Below the pieces are notes generated by a model. That model searched no databases. It was given only the letters and a program-made list of their open reading frames with translations, and was not told the origin of the DNA. This document shows positions 1 to 13,807 of a stretch of 64,000 bases of DNA, piece by piece (the stretch's first letter is position 1; every line of letters begins with the position of its first letter). Source of the stretch: Paraspadella gotoi (lineage: Eukaryota; Animalia; Chaetognatha); NCBI GenBank assembly GCA_051294375.1, contig CM119270.1, forward strand, positions 5,092,152 to 5,156,151. The letters run 5' to 3'. Both the position numbers and the translations under genes were made by a program.

Positions 1-259
1 ACATTACGATAGTAAATCCGAACCATTGCCCATCATACTGTGTTTTATCCCTTCTGACATCTGAACATTGGTGGTGATTTAAGTTTTTTGTTTATTTTCC
101 TTGTTTTGTTCTTCATTATTTCTTTTTTAACTTTTTTACACACCGGAAATTCCCATGAATTTTTTTTCAGTTTTTATTTTTATTTGTTTATTTATCTTTT
201 TGCATCGGTGGGTCGAGGAAACGCGAAGAGAGAGAGAGAGAGAGAAGAGGGAGAGGAGA

Positions 260-290
<31 letters not shown>

Positions 291-1611
291 TAAGAGAGGG
301 AGAGAGAGGAGGAGCGATGAAAGAACGCCTGGGAAGATCGACAAGAGTGAAAAAGAAAGATTCTCCAAAGAAAAAAGTAAGGGAATGGGGAGAAAGGCCA
401 AGGGAAAAAGCGAAAAAGGAAAGGAAAAAAAAGAGAGGAAATAAGGGAAAAGGTAGCATGGGTAGGGGAAGAAAAATTGGTGAAGTCAGAAATAAAATAG
501 GGTGGGTAATATTCAGTATTCCGCCGCTCAAAACTGTCTCTTTCTTTCTCTTCAGCCTTCAGATTTTTAAGATTTTACGGGATACTGGTTGAAACCGCGA
601 CAGAGCAATGAGAGTAGAAAACTGGGAAAGGAAAGGAGAAAAAGGAGAAAAACAGGGAGAAAGATGAAAAAAGTGGCGCATTTATAGGGTAAGAGCGAGA
701 ACAAAAGGCTTCACAGATCGCGTCTTCAAAATCTTTTCAAAACCTTAGAGAATACGCGACGAAATAGCACATAATTTTGTACGGGTGACTGGCAACGACA
801 TTTCTCTTTGACACGAATACAACTTATTTTTTCTTTATGTGACGGCACGGTCTATTTTTTTATAGCGAGACGCCCATGGTCCTTTATGGGACATTAAGGC
901 GTGCAACAATAGCGAAGAAAATGCCCCGCGCCCTACCATATCTTACGTAGCCTCTGGCCCCATGCAAGATGGCCTCACCCTTTGTATTCATTGATGGGGC
1001 CAGTCGAATCAATTGACGTCATAGGATTGAAATATCTGTCTCTCTATCTCTGTTACTCGTCTCTCGTCTCTCTCTCGCTCTACTCATCTCTCTCTTGTCC
1101 TTCTTCTCTCTCTCTCTCTCTCTCTCTCTCATCTGCATCGATCCTCAACAACATTTTTCACGCCAAAAAAAAAAAGTTTTGTTCGCGCGCATCATGCGAA
1201 CGTCAATCGCATAACCGCGGCCTTCTCGTGCGGAAGAATAAAAGGAGGAGGAAGGAGGAGGAGGAGGAGGAAGAGGAAGAGGAGGAGGTCACCGTATCAA
1301 CAGCATGTTCAGAAACTTTAATAATCTTTCTCTTTTTTCTTTCGGAAGAGGGGGGCGGGAATTAGGGGGGAGGGAGGGGAGAGCAAAGGTGCGGCGCTCG
1401 GAAGAATTCTCGCTTCGATGGAATTAAGCGGAAAAAAAAAATACAAAAGGATCGAAGACTAAGCTCTGAATATTGAAGGAGAGAGAGAAGAGAGGGGAGA
1501 GAGAGAGAGAGAGAAGAGAAGAGAGAGAGAGAGAGAGAGAGGAGAGAGGAGAGACGAGAGAGAAGAGAAAATTGGTGGTTGAAATGCGGGAAAATCGAAG
1601 AAAACAAAAGG

Positions 1612-1653
<42 letters not shown>

Positions 1654-1795
1654 GAGAGAGAGAGAGAGAAGAAGAGGACAGAGACAGTGAGTACGTTGGG
1701 GCCTTCCGCGCCCCCGATAGTCTCTTGAGCCGAAATTCAAGATTTTGTTTGAGAAACACAAAAGACTTTTTATTCATCTTTTTGTTACAAATGTA

Positions 1796-1833
<38 letters not shown>

Positions 1834-4800
1834 CCGACAAAATTGGGAGGAAAAAAGGAAAAAAATATCGACGAAAAATACGAAGAAAGAAATTAAATCA
1901 AATTTAGTTTTCTTCTTTAGCGAAGAAAATTTGACCGATTTCGGGACGGGAGAGGAGCAGAGAGAGAGAGATGAGAGTAGAGGAGAGAGTGAGAGAGAGA
2001 AGAGAGAGAGAGAGAGAGCGAGAGAAAGAGAGTTTAGTTTTTTCGATAAGGAACTCATAAAGTAACTCTAAAGTTTCCGTTTTCGCTGTCATTTGCTCTA
2101 GATCCCGATGGCAATGTTATTAAATCTAAGACCTGACAGCTGAGATCTCAAGTTCTCAGGTTCAAGATCCGCCCGGTTTTAGTCAGATGAGAAACTCTCG
2201 AAGTTTTAAAATTTGGTTGGGTAAGCTTAAGAGTAAAATCCTACCTCTATTGAATCGTAATCAGTCATTAACTGAGACATAAACTCATCTGCCATCTGTG
2301 ACCTCGAAATCAAAAGCTTCTCCCATTTAAATCTAAGACCAGCAATCACATTTTTCTAAAAGCTTTTTCTCTGAGACCCCATGGATCAGCCGATGGTGGA
2401 TGTTCTGCCACCAATTTGCCTCATGGTGCGAATTTAGGCCACGATTCTGCTGACGATGACAGAAAAAGCGAAAAAGAGGGAAATCATATTAAAATTATTT
2501 TTTTAAGGGGGGAATCTTGTTGGAGATGATGGTTGAGATGGCAAGAAGCAATTAATAAAAACAAATTGCAATAGCGATTTCGAAGTAAAAATTATCTTAA
2601 CGTTTAAAAATTAGATGAAAAGTATATATATATATATATATATATTATTTCGTCGATAAAAAATATAATACGATAAAATACGGCATTAACAAGAAGCACG
2701 GGGCGGGAAGCAAATTTGAGAATGAATAGTACTAATTACTCATCGAACGTTGATACTTCGTGAATTTCCATTCAAAGTGCACGTAAAAGTTTACAGAATC
2801 AACCGACGTAGGTACATGCTCAACGGATAGACATACAGAAACAGACGAAAAAGCATGACAAACCATAATATTTATCAGCTCAATGAGTCGTGGCGAGAGA
2901 TTTTTAACTCGGGGAGAGGCTGAGATCAGATTTCCCTCTCATCAACCGCGAATCGATTCACGTCAGTCGACTCATAATATCATCAAGAACATTAAAAGCG
3001 TCTCATCCGATGATAGTAAACAGTATCAGGTTGAATCAAGATGAAAAAATCGTTAGATCGGAATCCCCGACTTGACAAGCGGGTTACATCCGGGTTTTAT
3101 CTCTGACGGCGGTGGTCAATCAACGCTGTCCGTCTCAACGACAACTCTGTATGTCATCCCTGGAATCATCTGCTTTCATCTGACCGACGCCTATTTTAGG
3201 AGAAGTCCGACTCTTTTATATTTAAATAATGTTTTTTAGAGACGATTTAAACTTTCTTTCCGTATTAATTGTCTATCTCCCTACCGAACCTGGCCTTTTT
3301 TGCTGAACTTACCTTGCCTTATCTTCACTTTGATCGGTGACCCTCTTCACCGACTCATGACCGGTGACTGTCAATCCGAGAATCTGTGAAGCTGAAGAGC
3401 AAACAGGATTTATCCGCCGAGATCATCCCTCGTCTCATCAACATCGTCGTCGTCGTCGTCGTTTTCGACGTCGTCGTTGTCATCGTCGTCATTGGTCAAT
3501 GGTGCGACTTATTTTGACCTTTTCTGTCTTCAGAAAAAGATATTTGCAAGTTCAAAGTGACGCGCCGCTGTGACTTTATTTTATTTTGTTCACTTATTTT
3601 ACGTGACTAAACAAGTATAAAACACATGCACGAAAAGTAATTATATCTGAATTAAAGTATTACGTGTATCACGAAATGAGCTTTATTTGCTCTTTGATCT
3701 ATGAGATCATATCTAATTGTCTATGTGGTCACAACTCACAAGTGTATAACTAATTCACATTTCACATTTCACCAGTTAGCTAAGTATTAAGAACAGCAAG
3801 TGAGAGACTCATCCGTAAACTCTGTAGCAAAAATAAGAGAAGAAAAAAGCATAGAGGTCAAGTTTTTGGTCGGTCGTCCTTTTCATTGTCCCACTTTTTC
3901 TTCCCTCTTCATTTTCACTAATATTTTTCTTTGTCTTTGTCCTTCAATTTCGTCTTTGTCCCGCTCCGTCTTTTTCACGTCAAATGTTTAACCTCATGAC
4001 AAGTTCGTCCCGTCATGAGCACGACGACTTTTCTTTCCCCCGTGAAGACGAGCAGATGTGTCAGTGTCACATTAAGTCAGGTGGGAACCTTATGGTGTTT
4101 TTCTCTCCGTGACTCTTTCTTCTCTCGGATTTCGTCACTGACTTTGACAGATGTTCGATATTCCACGTCCATTTGATCAAAACAATATGGTACTAGTTAT
4201 GAAATTGTTACAACTAGCTAATATAAAAATTATTCATTAATTCAGACTATGGCGTGTTAGGACCTATCTCCCTCTTATATTATAATAACATCGGGACCTT
4301 GCAAGCTTTCAAAAACTCTCAGTGTGCTATATGTTTTATGAAATTGGTATTATTCCTGGTTCGTTACTGGAATCTAGTCACTCTTCAATTTTTAAACAGT
4401 ATTCTAAATTTCTCATATTTTTAATATAATTTCTCGATTCGTTTCAACAGATTTGTTTATTACGTCGTTCGCCTCTTCGTAGGTTCAACCACATTTTTTC
4501 TGATTAATATTTTTCTTCTCTGCTTCCGCCAGCCTCTTCGTCAGTCGCAGGCCCCTCCTCTTTTTTCACGTTTGTTCACGAATTTCTTCATTCACTCGAT
4601 CTCGATCGGTCTTGTTATTCAAAACGATTTTAAAGTACGATGCGTGTTCCTACCAACTATGCTTTAATTAAATTCCATTTTACAATATTTATCAATTCAT
4701 TCATTCTTAAATTTATTCATTAATTCATTTTGATGAATTTGTTTGTATTCATATTATCATTCGTATATCATTCCTTCATTAATTTATTTATTTCTCCATT

Positions 4801-5525
4801 CATTCATTCCTTCATTCATTCTTTCATTCATTCATTTATTCATCCATTCATCCATTCATTCATCTTTCCCCTTTCTCTATATTTTCTCCTCCGTGCCTGT
4901 CTCCAACATCGACTGTTTTCGTTATTCTTCAGGTTTTCTTGTCAAAACAAAAAAGTGAAAAAAAGGAGAGAAAAAATGTTGTTTTCGTTTTCAATTCTTT
5001 TTCAGTTTTTGTTTCAGTTTCTCTCTTTATTTTGATGTTTTGTTTTGGAGAGAGGAGGAAGGCCGCGTGCCGAGTCGGTCGCTCCAGTGATTGGGTAAGG
5101 AAAGGGTGTGAGTGTCAGGAGACGATTGTGAACCGGTCAGGGTTAAAGGTCATCGGGTCACATTGAAGGAGACTCAGAGTAATATTGTTTTTTTGAGTCT
5201 TGGAAATTTTAATATTAAACGAATATCTACGAATATAGCGTCTTTTTAAAAACTTACAATATACAATATACAATATTTACTAATCTATCAATAAACGATG
5301 ATTCCTCTCATGGTTTCTCTACTGAACGTCGATACTCCGGCGCCTTACGCCTAAGAAATTTAACGTTCGTTAAACTAATAGAAAAAAATATAGAACTTAG
5401 AAAAAAAAATGTTAAAATTATAAAAGGAACCAAATTTGAAAAAAAAAAAACTTAAATACAAAACGACAGATTTAATTCGACTCAATTTAGTCTAAACTAT
5501 AAAATTCCACGTCGACGACAAGAAG

Positions 5526-6364
5526 ATGGCGTTGGCTTCGTCTCCTTATATCGTCGTCTGCGTCATCGTCGGTTTAGTCGTCGCCGTCGTCGCTCGGGAC
5601 GATAAGGTGGGATTTTGGCTCTCTTTTTCAAAAGCGCTGCATTTCCGTTCCTTACTCCATTAACTAATGTTGAAGCCTAGTCTATTATCAAACTGATAAC
5701 TCAATCCCTAACCCTAACTTTTAACATTTAACACTAATCGCGGAGCTACTCTACAAGTCACTTTTCGGTCGGTCTGTCGGTCGGTATGTCGGTCCGTCGG
5801 TCTGTCCTACTTACATTAACAATGCATATAATTCGCCTATAGTTTATTGCTCATTTGTTAAGACAGGAAAAAAACCTCAAATCCAAGTGACTGCTAGCGC
5901 CGCCTTCATTAAATCCTAAAACTTTAAAGATAAAAAGATAATATTCCGATGCAATGCGTGTCATAAATTCACTGCGCCACGACACACGAATTACCGTTCT
6001 TGTTTTTTAAAAAAAAAAGCCTCGTTCTGGAAAAATAACGTGACCCATTTCGATTCTTAACTCCCCCCCCCCTCGGTCCACCCAGCGATTCCGACCATTC
6101 CCCCCCGCCACCTCCGTCCACACTAACCCCATCTCCCCCGCGTCCGAAGACTTTGGCCATTGTCGAAGCACCTACTACTGCTTGGAGTGGCAAGCCGGCG
6201 CCTGCTGCATCTACCTAGATTACGAGGGCTCGCCGGTGCGGAGTTGCGTCAGCACCTGCAAACTCTGTCAAAATACGCTGTGGGGCCGGTGCGGCGCGGC
6301 GACGACGAGGCTGGGAGCGGCGGGGGCAGCGGTGGCGGTCCTGGCGTTCGTCGCGTGGATTTAA
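5526..6364 (+). CDS. Two-exon gene, join(5526..5606,6086..6364): 119-aa small secreted cysteine-rich protein, probably GPI-anchored
   Basis: Exon 1 ATG at 5526 encodes MALASSPYIVVCVIVGLVVAVVARDDK (signal peptide), then donor AAG|gtggga. Intron ends with branch-like ttcttaac, a C-rich tract and cccag| at 6085. Phase 0 joins in frame with track ORF 6182..6364: RFRPFPPATSVHTNPISPASEDFGHCRSTYYCLEWQAGACCIYLDYEGSPVRSCVSTCKLCQNTLWGRCGAATTRLGAAGAAVAVLAFVAWI*. Confidence 0.8.
5738..6005 (+). mobile_element. Possible short non-autonomous DINE-1/Helentron-associated-like element in the intron
   Basis: ctactctacaagtcactt is followed by a (GTCG/GTCT)n tetranucleotide core at 5765-5806, with a small hairpin (gcgtgtc...gacac) before a T-rich end. 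A related inverted copy of core plus flank lies at ~23510-23590. Confidence 0.35.
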
Positions 6365-6899
6365 ATTTTTGACGGAGAAGCTTCTTTGCAATCTACGAAA
6401 ATAATCCGCGGAATTCTCCTATAAAATTAGTATTATGAAATAATACAAATATAACAAATATATCATAATTATTATCGTATATTATGCTCTTTCTTTATTT
6501 TTTATTTTTTTATCGTTAGCTTCGGTGAAATGTGCAGGGATTAGAAACACATCGACAGATATACTATTACTATATTGTATATAAAATAATATCGTTGGCA
6601 TCGATAGATACACGTCATGAAAGTAAACATATTATTTTCACGTTTGTCCAGCTTCGACTTAAAAATGATTTAATCAAAAACAAACTTTTTCAAGTTTTAA
6701 CGAACTTATTTTTTTTATCCCATCTCTGCTTTCATTTTTTACTGGTCCCTTTCGGCCGCCGATGAGACGGCAGGGATCGATCCGTCAACCTTTGCCACTA
6801 AAAATGGAAAGAACAGATGCTCCTTAAGTTTTATTGCTAATTTTTCTTTTTTTTCATTTTCTTTTTTTAGGGCACAGGGGAGAGTAATGTTATGACGTT

Positions 6900-7001
<102 letters not shown>

Positions 7002-7327
7002 GCGTCTGTTCTGTTTCACCCTTTTTATTTTTAAAAGCTCATTATTATTATTTTTTTCAGTTTGCGTTATTTTTTTTTTTAAACTCCTGAGTGTTTTTTA
7101 AGCGGGTGTAGCCGTTAATATGAAAAAAACATTGTATGTATAAAACAACCGTTTAAGAGTGTGGTGTACATATTTATCGGATTGGTAAATGTAAATCGAA
7201 TCTCGTTCATCATTTAACAATACGTATGATTAATTCAATTCATTAAATCAATCAATCAATCAATCAATTCAATCATCAATTCTTATAATTTCTTTTTTTT
7301 TTGTCCCTCAGTCGTCAAATTAATTTG

Positions 7328-7564
7328 TTCATTCATTCATTCATTCATTCATTCATTCATTCATTCATTCATTCATTCATTCATTCCATTCATTCCAACC
7401 ATTCATTCCATCACATAATTCACCCCCGGATGATCTCTCCTTCCGGATCCAATTGTATTTAATAACAAAATCCTCTTCCGCCTCCTTTAATAATTCATCT
7501 CACCTCAAATTCAAAATATTTTTTTAAAATAATTTTGTTATTAAAATTCGCCTTCTTTCTTTTT

Positions 7565-7620
<56 letters not shown>

Positions 7621-7622
7621 TT
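7328..7622. repeat. (ATTC)n and (TTTC)n microsatellites
   Basis: ATTC run ~7328-7410 and TTTC run ~7552-7622. Confidence 0.9.
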
Positions 7623-8642
7623 TTTTTTGTTATTGAAATTTGTCTTCTTTCTTGATTTTGATTTTTCTTCGGCGGAAGTCGTCGGCCTTTCTCTTTTTCT
7701 CTCGGAGGAGAAACTGAGAGGTTTTCGGGGTGATAGTGATGTGATAGAGGGAGTGACAGTGACAGAGGAGATGAGTGAAGAAAAGTTTGTGAATGGAATT
7801 GTCAGCTGAGGGTCAGAGAGTGAAAGTGAGCTAATGAGAGGGGAAGTGAGAGATATTGCGTGAATGAAATAGCGAAGAGTGTGTGAGAGAGAGTGAAAAT
7901 TTCAGGGAGGGTTTTAGTTAAAAAGGTGACCAAATGGGGGCGTCTACTGTAAACTTGACAATTGAATCAATTAAATAGAGCCCATGAGGATGCCATGATT
8001 AAATGGCGTAGAATCTCACTCATGAACAATCATGGATTTTGGAAACTCACCAAAGTAAAATCAGTGAAATTTATACACTCCTAAAAAGAATAAAAAGCGA
8101 GCGTTTGTAAGAATCGGCCTCAATTATAAACTACGCAAAAAAAATTCACGTGAACCACTAAGTTGCTAAAATTCTACTATGTTCCCCAATGGAGCATTTT
8201 TAGTCTAAAGCATCATGTGTCTTGTTTATATAGATAAGTAACGCCATCTACGTCTTTCGCCTTTTGACTTTAAAGTTAAAATATTTTTATGTTTTTTCTC
8301 AATCATTTTTTGGGAGGGTTTGAAAATTATGTTTAATAAAAACAGAGCGAAAAACAAATGACTAATCACCGCCTCTGTTTTTCTTTCCGTCGACCAACTT
8401 TCTGTTTTCTTTTTTAATTAACTTCAAAAAAGGAAAAAAAAGCTACAAAAGTTTAAAAATTTTTTTAAAAAAAATTTTCTCGTTTTTTTTATCAACTCGG
8501 CGTCAACCCAGACCATCAGAGAGAAAAAAAAAGGGTCTAACATAAACGGCATATTTTGGGTTAATTTTCGATTAGCGCTTGGTCGGTCTGTCGTTCCTGT
8601 AATCCGCCGTTTGAGTTGAGGTTTTAATCTTTTTATGGCTTC

Positions 8643-8727
8643 CTAAGAATGAACTATGAATAAGTGAAATCTGCTCTTTTAACTTTTAACTAAGAATGAA
8701 CTATGAATAAGTGAAATCTGCTCTTTT
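8643..8727. repeat. Tandem direct duplication of ~38 bp
   Basis: ctaagaatgaactatgaataagtgaaatctgctctttt occurs twice, starting at 8643 and 8690. Confidence 0.9.
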
Positions 8728-9469
8728 TATTTCTCTTAACTTAAAATATATTTTTTTCTGTAAATTATTTTCTTTTATGCTGCATTTATCTTGATTTTTT
8801 TTATATTTTAACATGATTGTTTTTTTTTTCTTTTCCGAAAAAAAATCATGATATGAATCATTTATATATCTAACGATGAGTGCGTTTTCAATTCATTTCA
8901 GCCTTTGTCACATTTACTTAATAAGTAAATAAAAAAATTCTATGAAAATTGTGTGGGCCAGAATTCTGATTAAATGAAAATTTGCGTATATATTAGTAAA
9001 TCTCTTAATTATAAAAAGCCACCGCGATAAAAAAAAAATAAGCCAAGGGGGTAACAAGGGATAATTTATATTTTGAAATTTGGTATTAAGGGGTGGGTAG
9101 AATAAATCTTAAGTTCGATCGAGGCCGAAGTAGAGTAAGAGTGAAAAAGACGAATCGAGACGTCAGCTAATGGGCCTGCCTCCCTCTCGCTCTCCCGTTT
9201 TTTCTGTCTCTCGCTCTCGCTCTCGCTCTCTCCGACCTTGTCGATAAAGCAACAACTTGTCAAACACTTACCGAGAGTAGGGTGAGCGAGAATCTGGCTG
9301 CACGCGCGCAGAGGATGGTGGGTGGAGAGGGAGAGAGTCGGAGAGAGAGAAGAGATGAGAGAGAGAGAGAGAGAGCAGAGAGAGAGAGAGAGAGAGAGGA
9401 GAGAGACTCGATGTTTGACCTTCGGTTATGAAAACTGACGAAGAACAACAATCATCCATTCGTGGAATG

Positions 9470-9557
9470 ATAGAAGAAAGAAAGAAAGAAAGAAAGAAGA
9501 AGGAAAGAAGAAAGAAAAGAAAGAAAGAAAGAAAGAAAAAAGCAAGCACAAGCAAGC

Positions 9558-9601
<44 letters not shown>

Positions 9602-9695
9602 AAAAGAAAGAAAGAAAGAAAAGAAAGCAAGAAAGAAGAAAAAGAAGCACGAAAGAAGAAAGAAGAAGAAAGAAAGAAAGGAAAGAAAGAAAGAA

Positions 9696-9730
<35 letters not shown>

Positions 9731-10700
9731 CATAGAAAGAAAGAAAGAAGGCGACATTGACGACTAATCGAATCATAACTTTAGCACACAAGAATTCTCT
9801 TCAAAAAATTCTCTTCCTGCTTCTTATGACTTTGAGGTTTAACCTCAATTTCTTCACCTCATCTTCTTCGTGTCGTCACAACTCGTCTTCCTTCGTCTTC
9901 CTCTTCGTCATCTCTTCGTCTTCGTCTTCTCTTTGTCATCTCTCGTCTTCGTCTTCGTCTTCGTCGTCGTCTTCTTCGTCTTCCTCTTCGTCTTCGTCTT
10001 CGTCTTCATTCCGTCTCTTCTTCGTCTTCCTCTTCGTCTCATCTCCGTCGTCGTTTCGTCTTCCTCTTCATCCTTCTGTCGTCTTCTTCGTCTTCATCTT
10101 CGTCTTCTTGTCTTCTTCATCTTCTCTGTCTTCTCTTCCTCTTCATCTTTCGTCCGTCTTCACTTCCTCTTCGTCTTTACTCCGTCTCATCTTGGTTCGT
10201 CTTCATCTTCCGTCGTCGTCTTCGTCTTCTTCGTCTTCCTTTTCGTCTTCTTTCGTGCTTCATCTTCGTCTTCATCTTCTTCGTCTTCCTTTGTCTTCAT
10301 CTTCGTCGTCGTTCGTCTTCTTTGTCTTCTCGTCTCATCTTGTCGTCGTCTTCCACTTCTTCGTCTTCTTTCGTCTTCCTTTTCGTCTTCTTCGTCTCTC
10401 TTCATCTTCTCTTCGTCCTTCTTATCTTCGTCTCCTCTTCGTCCTCTCAGTCTTCTCGTCTTCCTCTTCGTCTTCATCTTCGTCTCTCTTCTCTTCGTCT
10501 TCGTCTCTCTTTCTCTTCTTTCGTCTTCCTCTTCGTCTTTCTTCCGTCGTCGTCTTCGTCTTCTCTTTCCGTCCTCGTTCCTCACCTCTTGACTTGGCCC
10601 ACGTGTGCCTCGTAGAATTATTTCAATTTTTTTTTCTTTCTTTCTTTCTTTTCTTTTCTTTCTTTCTCTTCTTTCTTTCTTTCTCCCTCTTTTTCTTTCT
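9470..10700. repeat. Compound low-complexity block: (GAAA)n, degenerate (TCTTCG)n, then (TTTC)n
   Basis: Purine run 9470-9750, TCT/TCG degenerate run 9860-10590 and TTTC run ~10630-10700. No stable reading frame. Confidence 0.9.
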
Positions 10701-11374
10701 TTTTTCCTCCCTTTCAGGGGCTTCGGCTCAACCAAGACAAAGACAAAGTAAACTAACGCTCAAAACTTGAAGTCATAGAAAATTCGAAATTTTTGAGTTA
10801 ATAAAATGATATTTTTCAAATTTTCCAAAAGCCTCCGCGTTTTCCCTAAATTTTAACATATTTTTTTCTAAACATTATTAGAAAACAAATTAACATTGAG
10901 AAACAATTTGGCTTTTTAAACACAATCAGACTCACACAATTCACTTAGTCACTCAAAGGGTCTCGGGTTGACCCACTCCGAGCTAATCCAACCAGACCTG
11001 ACCACTTCGCCTTTAAATTTATTTCCTTTTCATAACAACAACAACAACAAAAACAAAAACAACCACAACAACTTTGCCTTTAAAACAACGACAACGGTAA
11101 TAATGACGACTGCGTACTCAGCGCCTTCCCGACTCGCGCGCAGTCAACCAGGGCGCCTAAATCCTGGCAACGAAACGAGCGCCGTCGTCGTCGTTACCAT
11201 CGTCGTCGTTATCGTCGTCGTCGTCGTTGGTCAATGCGGCGACTTATTCGAACAAAAAAGTCACGATGTAACTGGTCAATCCCTCTCACCACGAGAAAGG
11301 GAGAAAAAGAAAAAAGGAAAAGAATTAGAATTGATTCAATTGGGTGACAAAATTAAAGAAGTAGGGTCATAAAA

Positions 11375-11484
<110 letters not shown>

Positions 11485-12180
11485 CGACAGAGACAGAGAG
11501 ACTACTAGTGGATTATCGCCGGTCGAAGGATCAAAAAATAGTCCCGTCGCGAATTCCGAGGGAGCTTAAAAATTCGCGATGCTCTTTTTTTTTCGTGGGA
11601 ATGATTGGCATCTGATTGGCTTTGGAAAAGCGTATGATTGGCTATGTATTAGTTAGTTTTATTGATTGGCATTTTTTTTATCAATGACTGTGTGTTCTTT
11701 TTTATGTTTTTTTTGTAAAGAAAATTATCTTCTTGTTATTGTTATTGTTATTGTTTTCTTCTTGTTTACACAAGCTTAGCGCTATGTCTGAAAAATTTAT
11801 GAATGTATGAAAAATGTTCATCAGCTTCTGAGTCGAATTGAGACGAGACACGGACTTTGTCTTTCTTATGCAAGAACCGGATGTGTGGACAAAGAGAGTT
11901 GGACCAGCGATCGTGCATAACAATGACCTCGTGAGGGGAAGTCGTTGCGCAGAAAAGGGATTGTGTTGGCTTCAACATTCGACAATCGAGAATATCAAAA
12001 ATTGAAATGACTGGCGATTGTAGTAGATTAATCTTTAAGATTTAAACTTAATATATTTTAAACGTGACAAGAGTCAGGGTCATTACCACAAAGAGAGGAT
12101 TTTTGCTGACAATAAAAGAGAAAATAAAGATAACGAATTAAAGATGACAGCAGCTCCGCCTTGATATTAAAAGGAGAAAA

Positions 12181-12212
<32 letters not shown>

Positions 12213-13235
12213 AGAGGGGGCCAAGACGAAGGTTTAACCCCTCCGGGTGTCTTGTCCACTTCCGCCGGATTTTTGCTTTTTTTTGGGGGGGGGGCGGGGA
12301 ATACAGAAGAGGGGTGAAGAATTTTTAGGGCGATCAGATGAATATTGTAGAAAATGGATGCTACAATATTGTAGCGGAGAAAGGAGTGAGTTATGAATGT
12401 CGAGACGAGAATCAAAAGACAAGAATGACGATTCTCATCTATAATTTATAGACATTTTGTGATCGTAGACTTTTTATGTTATAAATTTTTTTGTTCTTAT
12501 TTCTCATTAAAGGTGAACTATTTTTACCTATCTTTTTTATCGCCAAAACTTACCGTTTCTCGCTTGTAACTCAGCCTCACTCTCTATTATTGTCATTGAT
12601 CGGTGAGGCAGTTGGCATTGGACCGTTGCACTCTGTAGGCAATAAGATTATGATGAGGAAATCACTAATAACAAGGACGGCATCGTCGACGACAAAGACG
12701 ATGACGACAACGCCCGGGGATTACGACGATCCTCTCATCAAATATTGAATCAGTTGATCAAAAAGTGAGGAAGGGCGAGGGGCGAGTGGGCATAGGGCTA
12801 GCGAGAGAGGGAATGAAATAGGAGAAAAGGTCAAAGTAGACCTGGCAGACCTGCGGCGGATTTGGGGCCAAATCCTTGGGGGCAACAACGACGCCGGTCA
12901 TCGGTTGTCGGGCCTTCTTCGCCTTGTTCTATTTGGGTAAGGTTCGATTGTGTCCTCACTAGCGCCTGTTCACTCAACCTCGATCGCTTTCTCGTGATCT
13001 GTCTTTTTTTCCTGAAGGCGTTTCTCACATTCTAATTACATCCCTCGATTCCTTTTATTTCCTTTTATGCCTCTACAGATTTCGGTTCCATCCGGGGACC
13101 TCGATTCCAAATCCTTATCTTTCTGCTGGCGACGGTTCCATCAATGATTTCATATTTGGTCAAATGGCCGTCGGCGTCTTTCCTTTGATCATCGACGGTT
13201 TTGACGATTCGGCTTTAATCCGCGGATTTGATGCC

Positions 13236-13273
<38 letters not shown>

Positions 13274-13697
13274 AATAATGACCAGATCAGTGCGGTGAAA
13301 GATGTCGACAACTGGAATCACGTCCGATATGATGGTAAGGGTCATTGGCGGGGGGGGGGGGTGGCGGTGCGGGGCGGCGGCGTGGCGGTGGCGCGGGCGG
13401 CCGGCCCGGTGGCGGCGGCGGGGGGCAAGAGTCGAAAACGACGAAGACAACGACTTCGACGTCATAAACAAAGACTCAAATAAAATGACTCGTAAAACAT
13501 CTCCACTTGATTCCCAGTCTGGTTTGGGTCGATTAATCAAAAGCAACCTTGAATGTTATTGTAGTGAACAGAGCGAAACCCAGGAAGCGGTGATCAGGAA
13601 AATACGACATGGCACGGGGTTGTAACGCCTTCCGTTCTAGGTCGGGTGAGATAGAACCCAAAGTAATAACTAGAGATTAGATTGATCAGATTTGGAC

Positions 13698-13807
<110 letters not shown>

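Noticed and set aside
88-2092. Many ORFs rich in ER/SL/FL dipeptides (also 6892-7101, 9268-9791, 11376-11615, 13692-13889, 46249-50010, 60884-61982)
   Set aside because: They are translations of (GA)n, (GAAA)n and 12-bp repeats that lack stop codons; there is no coding signal or splice support.
5706-5717. CCCTAACCCTAA telomere-like motif
   Set aside because: Only two units, inside an intron; expected by chance.
9757-10770. 337-aa Ser/Phe-rich ORF and the antisense Glu/Asp/Arg ORF
   Set aside because: Degenerate (TCTTCG)n microsatellite; the composition flips between frames.
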